A DNA stretch of 64,000 nucleotides from assembly GCA_013239625.1 (NCBI GenBank), contig MU053216.1, positions 2,880,943 through 2,944,942 on the forward strand, read 5' to 3'. The translations under genes were made by a program, and so were the position numbers. Shown piece after piece: positions 1-11,796 of the stretch. Origin of the DNA: Lama guanicoe (Eukaryota). Positions within the stretch are counted from its first letter, which is position 1. The number at the start of each line of letters is the position of its first letter. The notes below the pieces were generated by a model, which worked only from the letters and a program-made list of their open reading frames with translations, ran no database searches and had not been told where the DNA came from.

Positions 1-3000
1 GCTGCCAGTTCAACACAGAACAGTGTCTTGACCAATATTTGACTCTCAGGAAACAGCAAAGAGCATAATAAAATTCAAAGGCACTATCTCAAAACAAAGT
101 GACAGGAATAGAAGGCATCCTCCTTGTCCATGATTTTAATAGGAAGACAAGTTCTCCTGGTCCTTTTATATCCTGACATAGTAACTTATTTTGACTACAT
201 ACATGCAACATAAGGAAAATAAAAACAAAAGAAAATGAATGACATAAGCAGCAAGGTGTTGTTACTGAATTAATTGAATTTGTTTGACAGATGCAGGCCA
301 TTGATGTATTTCCCGAGATGAAAAGTTCTCCAAAGCATTCGTGGGTCTATAATTTGTTCTTGGTAATTTTAATATTATAGATAAGAAACATTAACCAGTG
401 TTTGACTGATTTTCATCTCCACACTCATACATTTAGCAGGAGAGAGGGACCAAAGTTGCTGGTTATGTGCTGTATTTTGAAGAATAAAAAGTTCAGTAGA
501 TTAATGGCTACTTGTAAAAAAGAGCAATAGCTGAAAAGACAAAATGCATATAAATTTGGGGGGCACCAGGCAACCCCTAAGTTCTAATCCTAAATCCTCT
601 TTCATTATAAAACCAGTATGAGAAATTTTAGAGGTCAGATGGTTGTTTCATTCCACAAGCTATTTTTTTTAATCAGAAGAAAATAAGCTAGCTTTTTTTT
701 TTTTTTTTTTTAAAAAAGAATTTTAATCTCGCCCATGTGCCATCATTATCGTTAACCCCTGGACTTTTTAACATTTTGATGGATCTTAAATCCATTAACA
801 CTCCCCAGGGAAACATCTGTGGCCCTAATCCCTTTCAGAGTGGCTCTTACTATTGCTTTCATAAGGAACTTAAAATGTATGTAATAAAAAAAGAGCCATT
901 GAAGATTCTATAATGCACTGTGTGTTAAAACAGCAGATACGAAAACCATGTCAGCTTTATCAGCAAACGTGAAGCACGTGTATCTGCAAGAAAGGACGAT
1001 TAGGAAAGTCAGCGGAAGGAAGTGTTTTCTCGCCCATCAGATCCAGATGTTCAGCCCATGAAATGGAAGCCTGGAGTGAAAGGCGAGTTACGGTGTCTGA
1101 TACCCTTCAGAAGTGCTGCTTCTGAGAAAGTTCCTGGGCGAGGAAAGCCAGCATCGATTTTTAAATGAATTCCATCTTACACTTGTTTTAGAAGCCTCGT
1201 AGAACTATTTTCTACATTAAATAAGGAATGGAATAAAGGGTGAATTAAAGTAAAAGGCACATGAATTTTTTTCAGAGACAACATTATGCAAAGCCTTGGA
1301 TTTAAAATATAAATCTCTACTCTTTTAGCAAAAAGATAGGTCTATGACAAGCATGTTCTTTTCATAAACTGATAAAACAGATACCAGAGCGAAGACTCCA
1401 CAAAAGCACGGCTTAGTGGGCTGCACTGATTTTTTTTTCTTTTCTTTCGCCCATTGCTTTTTGGCAAATACAGATGTTTCTAGAATAGTTTAATTACAAA
1501 ACAGGAGTCCACGCTGGCAGTGGCTGAACATTCCTTATTTGTACATTTTGATTCAAAGATTAATATGCACACCATGTCTTGTTTTTTAAATCGAGATTTC
1601 AACTTTTCTTCCAGTTCTTCAAGGAGAAGCTAGCGGTAACAGCAACAGCAGAGCTGGGGCTCCTTTGTGGTTTTCCAAATGCTTGCGTGAAGGATCCCTG
1701 ATCTGACTGCATTCCATTACACTTTGTGAAGTGCTTTCCTACTCATTTCCTGCAATCACCCCGTCCTTGGAAATGTAAATATTAAAATTTAGTGTAAGAG
1801 AAGGCATTCTATGAAGGCTAACGGAAAGGTCATCCTGGACCCCTCAAGCACAGTGCATTTTTATTGTTGTTGTTTTGAAAATTGCCTAACTAAGATAGAT
1901 GGGGGAAATGTGTATAGTTAAATTGATGAGAACAGAACACATCTTTAGTCGTGCAATGCTCTTGAAACATAGAACGCAAGAAAATTGGCACCGTTTCCAC
2001 GTTTGACAGCTAGAGGCATTTTTACTGGTGTTTGCCCGTCTTTGAAGTTCTCCTTGGTTGCATCTGATTTGCTCCCCAGCTGACTGAGGTCCCGGCCTCT
2101 GCTCTCTCACCAGCCACGCCCCGCAGCCCCCGCCCTGCCTGCCAGCCGCCCTCGGCACAGCACCACCTTCTCATCCCAGAATAGGCGTAGTCTTGTATTT
2201 CAAAGGCTTTGACGATCTTCCGCTGTGGGTCACCCTGAGAATGATCTTCCTCTGAGTGAGAACCTCTCTCTCTTGACCCTGCGGATGGACTTGTGGGTCC
2301 CATCGGTTTTCTAGTTACCAGGGAGCAAGCGGGCATCGCAGCTCATCATGTGGAGAGGATGCGGGTCCTCTTACTTTGATGGAAAGTCATCTCCTTCATG
2401 CTAACATTTATCCTTGGAACAACGGCAAATAAAGGGATATTTGCTTTGTAATTGAGCTGACGCATCTGAAAATGGATTTTTTTTTCTCTCCCTCCAACTT
2501 ACAACCAGATAGCTTTTCTGCATGACAGCAGCTCTGCTTTCTGATTCACTGAGGGCAGAGCCACACGCACGGTTATCCGTCTCCCACAGGCTAGGGTACT
2601 GCTTGCCATAAGCTGGTCCTCCTGCTCCCCCTCCCTCCTCCGCTCTACCTGCCCCGCCTTGCACACACGTGGGATGTACCAGGTGTGCTTACACTCGGCT
2701 TTATCTCCGTGTGAAAATGCAGCAGGGCCAGGAGAGAAAGTGAGCTGCACAACTTTCCCCCCTGCTGAGCCTTTTCAGCACAATTTCATTATCGAGATTG
2801 CAGCAAACTGCCAGAACATTCGATGTGCCCCTTTTTCAGCTTAAGCAAAACACCACAACAGAGACACATTCTCCTTTTCCTCACTGGCTATGCCCTCTCT
2901 CTGTCTTTTCCTACGCCCTCCTTCCAGCCCCTTCAAATAGGAAATGTCTCAGGGCTTAGGAGTGGGTTCTCGGTACTTCTCCATCTGAACATTCTTCCAA

Positions 3001-3039
3001 TTTGGTCACATTTATCCCTTGGCTTTAAACCCCTCTGTA

Positions 3040-3950
3040 CATAGTGACTTCCAAAGTCATGGCTCCAGTCAAGACCTAATGAGCCCCACACTCAACTCCA
3101 GCTGAGTTCTAGAGACTCCTAGGTGGAGGTCTAATGAGAATTCAAGCATTAACATGCACAAAACAGACCCTTGATTGTCTAAGTCACTCTGTACAACTTC
3201 CTGCTTCTCCTCCGGCAGCCACTTCTCCAGCTCCTGTGAGTCTGCCCTTTCTTTTACTGTCAACATTTGGTCCAGATTACCACCCCTTTCTCCCTTCCAC
3301 CAACTCAGCTGGCTTCTAACTGGTCCCCAAGCTTTGTCTCTCTTCCAGTCTGCCCTCCTCACACCAGCCAGAGCAGTCTCTTCACACATAGAAGACATTA
3401 GGTCATCCTGTGCTTAAAAATGCCAAGCGGCTTCTCCCTCTCCCACTCAGGGTGACTCCAAGCTCTCTCCATCCCCAGCAGGCCCTGCGGGACCTGCCTT
3501 TCCTGGCTGTGTCCCCGCTTCCCCGCTCGCCACTCAGCCTCCACCCGCCATGTTGCAAGCACCGTTCCTCCTCTCTGTGCCTTGAACCCGCCAATATTTT
3601 TGCTTTTTCCTAAGGACCGCTGCACCTGCCAGTGAAGACGCTCACATGAAACTTTACACTCCTGTCAGCCAACCGGTCGCTTAATGACCCTTCTCCAAAG
3701 AGGTCTTCCCTGACCACTCCGTCTAAGCAGCCCTCCACCCAGCCTGGCTGGTCTCTATCCAATCACACTGTTTCATTCCACGGCACCTGCCAACATCCGG
3801 AACTTCCTCAGTTACTGATCTGGGTTTCTTCTCTCTCTCTCTCGCTAGGAGGGAAGCTGCATGGAAGCTGGCATCTCTCCTGGCGTCTGCACCACTGTGT
3901 CAGCACTTAGAGGAGCAGGGGCTCGAGGAACAGGGGGAGCAATGAGTAAA
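3040..3950 (+). mobile_element. LINE-2 relic
   Basis: Degenerate L2 motifs (ggtggaggtctaatgagaattcaagcattaacatgcacaaaac; agaggtcttccctgaccactccgtcta) ending in an L2-like 3' terminus. Confidence 0.7.
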
Positions 3951-6169
3951 TCTGCTCATTTAACACGACCACTGTTACTCCCATTGTACAGATAACGAAG
4001 CCAGGGATTCAAAAGGTCATTTTCTGAATGTTCCCTAATTGGAAAGCTCGGAAGGGAGTCTGGCCAAGATTCCAAAGACTAATTTCTCAAGCGCTTTCAA
4101 AGCAGAGCTCGTCTGTGTACAGCGTTCCTGGCGTCGTCTCTTGACATCATTTTCATCCGTCCCCTGACCCTTTTCTTCTCCTCACCTCCCTCCCTCGTAT
4201 CATCACTTCCTCTCAGAGTCAAAACTCTGCCCTGGGGTCTCTGCTTTATTTATTTTTTCTTAGCCATTGGATACCTTGATCATGCCTGAAGTATCAATAA
4301 GTCAACTCAAAAAATTTTTAAAATGAATTGGTAAAAAGTAGGAAGACAGTGTGTATTAGGCATAAGCTAAAATCTTAGTTTAGAAACAAAAAGCAGGCTT
4401 GGAAACCCAAGTCTAAGAAGTCTGTGTGGAACACGTGGCCTGAATTACCTGACTGGCAACCCGTGTTTTTTATAGCAAGCGAACAATCAACATTGTTCCT
4501 TTACTTTCCCTTAAGTTATATCCATCGTGTTCCTGGAGTAGAAAACGGTCTACCTGATTGGTTCACTATGCCTTCTGGATGACTGTGAAAAGATGATCTG
4601 GTGTCTACACTTCCTGGAATAAGATGAGAACCTCATAGATTTTCCATGATCAAAGCCTTTAACAAAGGTCAAGTTACTTCCCTTGTGTTTCAAAAACAAA
4701 ACAAAAAAAAATTGAGATACTTTGGTAACTTATTCAATGGTTTTCACTTTATGTAATATCAAAAACAAATTAGGTCAGGGAAAATCCATGATTTCCATCT
4801 TATCACTCACCTTGAGGCAGACTCGGCCCTGGGCTTTGTCAACCTCCTCCCCAAGGTTATGGCAACACATCACTTTTGCACTGTTAACATGGCATCAGCG
4901 TTCACAGTGAAGACAACTTAATCAGAGATGACTTTTTGCGCTTTAAAAGAGACACATGGTCTCAGGCCTTGCTAAAGATATGGAAATGGCTCAGGGAACA
5001 ATGGTTCGCTCAGGCAGCTAAATCAAGTGGTTGAGGATCAATGCATGTTTCACACAAGTGACCTCTACGAAACCACCAGCTGCCCCTCAGTCTCGGTGCG
5101 ATCTGCCCACCGTCATGGCGTCCTGGCCTCCGTGACCGGGTTGTTAAGCTGCCCGCTAGGAAGGCTGGGAAGAAATAGAGCCAGAACCAGAGAGACTCAG
5201 CACGGACTCTCAGCCCTCACCCCCCAGCCCTCACTCCTCATGAACTGGGGACCTCGGAAAATTACTGTGAAAGATCACTAAAAACAGGAATTTGTTTGTG
5301 CGGTGTGTACTTGTGTCTGCGTAAAATTCTCTCCAAGTAAATCTTTTCTTTGCAGTTGAAACAACAAAAGAAAAAGCTAACCAACACCAGGTGGGACTGT
5401 TGGCTAGTTCCTCGGCCCATCTACCACTTTCATTTATTCAGTGTCTAAGAATCACCTACAGAGCTCCGTGGTGGCAACTCCAGTATTCCTATGACCGAAC
5501 GCCTGCCAGAGCAGTCTGGCTGGCGCGGGGCCCGGGGTGGAGTCTGGCCAGAATAGAGTAGTGGGTTATACGTAGATTTTAGAGGAATAATTTATAATTT
5601 GTACAGGATTGTGAGCACAAATAGTTATCTGTTGCAAGGTTTATTATCATTCTGAGGATGAAGCTTATGGTGAATTTGAAAGACTTCACCGCACTCCCTC
5701 CCTCAGCAGCCCCTGCCACGCTGAGATTATATGCTTCACGAGGGAGGACGCGGGGTACGGTGTTTCCAACTCACGGGGCCAGGAGAACGCCTGTAAAACA
5801 TCTGCTCATGGAATGAGTAAGTGAATAAAATACATTAAGCTAACCCGGTAAAATAAAGTACTCAGAAAGTTTCTAGGTGATGGGTACTGGTAATCTGTGA
5901 GATTTTTATTCTCCTACGTACTTATTCCTGTATTTCTCAAATTGCCTGAAATAATCATGGTTTACTTTGGAAAAAATAATGGGACATGCAATTTGATACA
6001 CAATGTATGATCAAAAGAAAGAAAGAGAGAGGGGACAAAAAATAAAATAAAATGTTAGCAAAGATGTTACACCTTTTTTTTCTTTCTTCTATTCCCTGAA
6101 ATTTTCTATCATGTAGAAATTTTACCATAAAAAATTCACTTAAGCCACAGCAACAACAAAAGGACCACT

Positions 6170-6450
6170 AACGTTGTTTTTAGTGAGTTATTAAGTGGTT
6201 TCTGTGTACAGGATTGGGCTACACTGACAGACCATGCATTCGATCAGCTCACTGGGGCGTCAGCAGAGGCCCAGTGAAAACCGACAGGAGCTCACCAGCC
6301 ACTGTGAGAGACAGCCAGGTGAGGAGGTCACCAGTGCATCAGCCACAGGACCATCAAGTCAGAAGAGCACCCGTCCAGGTGCGAAAGGGGTGGAGGACCA
6401 GAAGGCGTGCAGGAGGGCTGCCCAGAGGAGGTGACCTCTGAACTAAATGT
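6170..6450 (-). mobile_element. LINE-2 3' fragment
   Basis: Antisense L2-like motifs (ttattaagtggtttctgtgtacagg; ggctgcccagaggaggtgacctctgaac). Confidence 0.5.
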
Positions 6451-7366
6451 TGAATATATATACACATACATATTCATATGTGGAATTGAAGCAATCATAA
6501 TTTGCCCAGTTAAAAAATTGTGGAGGGAAGAAAACACAGTGTGGTCAACAGTTTAGAAGCAGAAAAACATATTTTTGGGGAAAATGAAATTTACAAGAGG
6601 AGTATGGAGTACTTGCCACAAAGTGACCCCAGAACAAAGCTGGAGAAATCTCGAGGGATTCAGTTAGAACCATGTGTGCCGTGTAACTGCTTTCATTTTC
6701 CCTAAATGCAGAGACTGAAGGAGGATGGTCTGACAACTAATTGTGACCTCACCTGCCCTTGTACACTGAGAACATTTCAAATCTGTGTTCATCTTTCTAT
6801 TTACTTTTTGTTCCACCAGTTAGTAAGAAGTTGGCACAAGGTATGTAAGTTAATTAGAAGAACGTCATGCAAATGAATAAGAATTAAAACCTAACAATGC
6901 TAGACTATATACACAGTCCTATAAGTATTTCTCAGGTGTCCCTTGGCTCCCTGAGAAATAACCCGGACTCTCAAAATCTCAAAAGGAATCTTGCTGAAAG
7001 AGCTCGCAATCACAAAATGGATGTTACCAATAGAAATATCAACACAAAATAGATGTAAGAACGGCCAGTACTGCCCCATCTAAAATTTGACAGAAGTGAA
7101 AAATTGTATTACGTAAATTACATTTTTTGTAACACTGAAATGCAAAAAAGAAAGAAAGAAAGAAGCCAACAGTGGCTAAAACTGCACACAGGAAATGTTA
7201 TTTCTGGCTAAATAGAAACATTTAAACCTTCTTGGGGAATTTAGATCTGTATTGTTTCGCAGCGAAAATCACATTTTGAAAGATAATAACCATAAAGGAA
7301 AAGTCTCACAGGCATAAACTATAATCAATAAAATGTGATGTGGGAAATAATTGATTCATAAATTTA

Positions 7367-7475
7367 TATATATATATATATATATATTTTGTTTTGTTTT
7401 GTTTTAGTGGAGGCACTGAGGATTGAACCCAGGACCTCGTGCATGCTAAGCATACAGCTGTACCACTGAGCTGTC
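7367..7475 (-). mobile_element. tRNA-derived SINE (vic-1-like) with perfect 18-bp TSD
   Basis: Reverse complement has A box AGCTCAGTGGTA and B box GGTTCAATCC, with an (AAAAC)n/(TA)n tail. aattgattcataaattta occurs at 7349-7366 and 7476-7493. Confidence 0.9.
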
Positions 7476-8624
7476 AATTGATTCATAAATTTAACAGCAA
7501 TTGTAAAATTAAATGAAAATTGATGCTGTTGAACTTTAATTCAGTAAAATAAAGATATAAAAATTGGTAATAACTTAATCAGGATACATTAAAATACTCA
7601 GGGAATTAAACTGGTATAATGGAGGGTTTTGTGTGAAATCTATTTTCAAGGAAAATTCATGAATGTTGAGATATTCTAGTTAAATGTTTATTTTCATAAA
7701 TGTTGAGTCAAAACACTCTTGAGATCAAAATCCCAGGACAGGATGCTCTCTATCCCACAGGGAGCCGAGGAAGGAGGCGTGTGCAAAGGTGCGTGTGCCT
7801 TTTACAAAGATTATCCTGGTAGGGACTGAAGGGAGACGAGATTACAGGCTCTCGTTACAGTAAGAAACAGTACGACTCTAGCCAGGAGCTGTGATGTGGG
7901 TGGATCTATAAACTATTTAAGAAGTAGGATCCAGAGTAATCGGAAAATCCCTAAATAGGAAAAAACAAAGTTAAAAGATTTCAAAGATCTAGAAGGGTTT
8001 ATTCCTCTCTCACACAGCCTTAAACTGTCTTCTCAGACTCTCTCAAAGGAAGAGATGAGATGTGGAATCATGTTTCAATGGTAAGGACCCGTGTGTTGTG
8101 ATTTCATGGGATTACACAAATAAGATTTAAAACTTTGCCAAGCATCTCGCAGTTTTTAAAGTACTTTTGCAAACAGTATACCTTTTAATGCTTACAACAC
8201 TTTATAGATGAGGAAACTGTACATCAGAGATGGAAAAATGATTTGGATCAAGATAAAAAATTCATAGAATTTGATTTCCGAAATACTTCTCCACTGCAGC
8301 TACCATGGTCTTCTCCAACTTGGAATGGCTCCTGCCTCATTTGCTGTGATGTTTAATAGTTCTTTTATCAGTAAACAAATCATTGCTTTTTTAAGAGGAG
8401 ATATTTAAAATATGATGACCACATTTATTTACATAGGTGTCTCTAGTGGAAGTAAATTTGTAATACACGAATGACAATCATCTCTTGAACATTGTTGCAT
8501 GTAGTTATGACTTTATCAGACTTGCAATTATTTACAGGAGAAATTGAAGTTTTAGTAAAGTAACTTTTTTTTATTGCAGATACTTGTGTCTCATTTTTGA
8601 CAGGAAATGAGTGGGGTTTTTTTA

Positions 8625-8722
8625 ATCTCTCTCTCTCTTTTTTTTTTTTTTCAAATGGAGGTTCTGGGGATTGAACTCATGCATGCTAAGCAGGTGCTAT
8701 ACACTGAGCTAGTACCTTCCAC
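8625..8722 (-). mobile_element. tRNA-derived SINE (vic-1-like), small internal deletion
   Basis: polyT followed by ggaggttctggggattgaactcatgcatgctaagcaggtgctatacactgagcta. Confidence 0.82.
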
Positions 8723-10299
8723 CAAGTGTTTGATCTTTAAACACTGTATACTTATGCACCGTAAAAGCTGTTAAAGTCTGTTTGAGCTTGAGTCTTCAGT
8801 AAATAATCTAATAAAAGCATTGATAATCTTGCTTATTATCAGAAGTGAATTAACTGAAGACACTATACATGGAATGAAAGAGGCTTAAGTCTTTCACCAA
8901 CACTGACTGTTTCTGTAGTTACACTTGTCCTGGCTAAAAAGAGGAAAAAGGTTTTCATTTCTTTGGTTTTTTTTTTTTTCTTGTTTTTGTTGTTAGTCCT
9001 GAACACATAATACTCTGTTTATAATAGCCATTCCCCAGACTCTTGACAGACTGAAATTAAAGTAACATTTTGATATATAAAAGAAATACATATTAAAGAT
9101 TTTAGATGATAATTAGATGTTTTCTAGTCTAAATATTGGCTAGGGCCATGTACGCAAAATCTAATGATCATGATAATTTTTATTTCTGTATATTTCAGAA
9201 TCACATAGAAATAGATATCATATGATATTGCTAAATGAATAGCCTGCAATATTTTTTTCTTTTTAGACTTTTTTAGTGTTTTATATATATTGCAATATTT
9301 TACTTTTTCTTTATCCTTCCATAAGACTATGATCATCATGCATGCCAAAGTCATAACACTCATCTTTTGGTGACAGGTAACTAGTATGTGCTTGGGTATC
9401 TATACTGGCAAAATGATTTAAATAAGATTGAAATGAAGTTTAAACTGAGATTAAGTTACATTTCCATGGTCTTTTCTCCTGTCTAAATATTCCCATAAAC
9501 TTGCAAGATTGAGAAAGATCAAAGTTCTGTGGTAATGAATAAGTTCTATCTCTGTACCAGTAACTTACAGCCACATGGTCTGAAAACAAAACCTTGTCTA
9601 TATTAAAGGTATGCTTTCATTAACAAAGCCAATCTTCCTGACAGCAAATCTCTGCTCTCTCCCTACTCAGACTGAAATGTGTTACCACGTTATCTAGTAA
9701 GAAATGATGCCCAGATTCCTGGAGACTTTCTGTGAGCATATAGTGCATCTTGCAGGGGCGCCATTCTTCCTCTGCCCTTGGAACCCATCCCAGGGCACCA
9801 CAGCGAGCATTGCCCACGCCAGCACTTGTAAGACTGGACCTGACCCTGGGTTCTTGTCCCCTGGCTTCATGAGCATCCCCTCCCCTTCTTCCTGTGGAGT
9901 CTGGATCTGAAGAACAAAGCTGACCCACCAAATGAAATGCCACCTGCAGGAATGTCCACAGAGTAGGTCACAGATAATTTAGGAACCACATTCTTGAATG
10001 ATGGCTTTTTAAGAAATCAAGAGGCTTTTCCAGATAAGAGATAAAGTCAGGAGATACAAGAAGGAAATAGGAACCAAAAAAAGGCAAAACCTATAAAGAT
10101 CTAGACCCAAAATTACTGTATTTAATCTTGATGAAATTGTCTAACTGCTCCATCCTCCCATTTTGTCTCTGGCTGATTTTTTTTATCTCATGTTTCTCCC
10201 TTTTCTGTCCTTTTCTTCCTGAAAATGTTCTCGTCCTCCTCCTTCTCCCCCATGACTAGAATCTGCAGTTCTGTCCCAAAATGCCCATTACTTCTTCAG

Positions 10300-10960
10300 G
10301 GCCTGGTAAGAAATCAAGTACAGACGATACACAAAAGCGCAAGACAGTTTCTGCCTCCACGAAGGTCCCAATGGCAGTAATGCCCTGATTGGTAAATGAT
10401 GCCGACAACAAGTTGAAATAGTATGTGAAAAGTGACCAGGAAAGGCGATAAAGAGTATAAAATTTCAGTGGAGATGTTTCATGGCAAAAGTGATGAAAGA
10501 GAATTTTCGAGGGGAAATAGGATTTGCACAGAGCCTCAGAAGTCTTGAGGAAGTGCTGAGAAGCAGGCAGGGGTTGAAACTACCTCCTACTTGTTCTATT
10601 TTGGTCAATCATTAAAAAAAAAAAAAGAAAAGAAAAAAGAAAAAAAAAAAAGAAAGAAAATTTAAAAAAAAGATCACGCCCAGCTCCTGGCCCTGCGCAT
10701 TGCCGGACTCAGTGGCAATGAGTTTAGCGCATACACCAGAAAATAAGAAGATATTAGAGGGGCCTTTTCCTCTTTTACTTAAGTTTAAAGCTGTGGGTGT
10801 GAAAAGAAATACATGTGACTTTGGACAGATTAGGAAACTATTACAATTCTGCCAGTGAAAAGTGATGAAGGCATGAATTAAAGCAACAGCAGTGGGGATG
10901 AAAAAGGGAGAAAGATTTTAGAGGTTATTAAAAAATAAAGTGATAGTCCTCAGGGAACAT
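10300..10960 (-). mobile_element. LINE-2 relic, fragmented and interrupted by an A-rich tract (10614-10670)
   Basis: aagacagtttctgcctccacgaagg and ttaggaaactattacaattctgccagtgaaaagtgatgaaggcatgaattaaagcaacagcagtggggatg resemble antisense L2. Confidence 0.55.
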
Positions 10961-11205
10961 TTAAATATATATCTCAGATACTCTCTCTATCTTTCTTGTT
11001 GCAAAAACACAACACAACAAAACAAGATTCAGTTTAGGAAAGAGGGTAGGCTCCACCCCCTGAGGGGTGACACTCTGGAGACAGAGGACCAGGACCATTA
11101 ATATGCACTAGGTGATGATAAGGAACTCTGAATGCAAGAAACAGGCTAAAACTGGCCAAAGACTGACGCCCACAGAATCCCAATATTTAAAAGTAGACAG
11201 TATGG

Positions 11206-11440
11206 GGTGGGAAGGGATAAGTTCGGGAGTTTGAGATCTGCAAATGTTAGCCACTATACATATAAAAACAGATAAAAGACAAATTTCTTCTGTATAGCCC
11301 AGGGAAATCTATTCAATATCTTGCAACAACCTTTAATAAAAAAGTATGAAAATGAATATGTATATGTACATGCATGACTGGGACACTGTGCTGCACATCA
11401 GAAACTGACACATTGTAACTGACTGTGCTTCAGTTAAAAA
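11206..11440 (+). mobile_element. 5'-truncated L1 3' end (cetartiodactyl type) with TSD
   Basis: gggagtttgagatctgcaaatg...ctgtatagcccagggaa...cattgtaactgactgtgcttcagttaaaaa. Flanked by aaaagtagacagtatgg (11189-11205) and aaaagtagataatatgg (11441-11457). Confidence 0.88.
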
Positions 11441-11579
11441 AAAGTAGATAATATGGAGAACCAGCAGATCGAGGACAGACAGACCAATACATACACATAT
11501 ATGTACCTGTGTGTGTGTGATGTAACACACATGTAGTATGCAGGATCTGTAACTCACACAAATGTAACTAGTATGTCTA

Positions 11580-11583
<4 letters not shown>

Positions 11584-11610
<27 letters not shown>
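11584..11610. repeat. (TG)n microsatellite
   Basis: Directly visible. Confidence 0.95.
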
Positions 11611-11614
<4 letters not shown>

Positions 11615-11680
11615 ACAGGGTGGAAACATCTACATTGTCACACTAGTTAGCTGTCCCGGGTGAAAGGACACCAAGCGGCC

Positions 11681-11796
11681 GAGCGCAGAGGGAAGATGCG
11701 GCTCCAGCCGAGTGCTCTGACCCTGGGCTCAGTCACAGGAGCGCAGAGGGAAGATGCGGCTCCAGCCGAGTGCTCTGACCCTGGGCTCAGTCACAG
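11681..11796. repeat. Perfect 58-bp tandem duplication
   Basis: gagcgcagagggaagatgcggctccagccgagtgctctgaccctgggctcagtcacag at 11681-11738 and 11739-11796. Confidence 0.97.

Noticed and set aside
1886..2750. Cluster of minus-strand ORFs as further PTPRC exons
   Set aside because: None resembles CD45 exon 3 or the Ser/Thr-rich variable exons; more likely intronic, possibly regulatory.
11681..11796. CRISPR-like or prokaryotic repeat system
   Set aside because: Two abutting copies without spacers in mammalian DNA; no repeat-spacer array or operon-like structure anywhere in the window.
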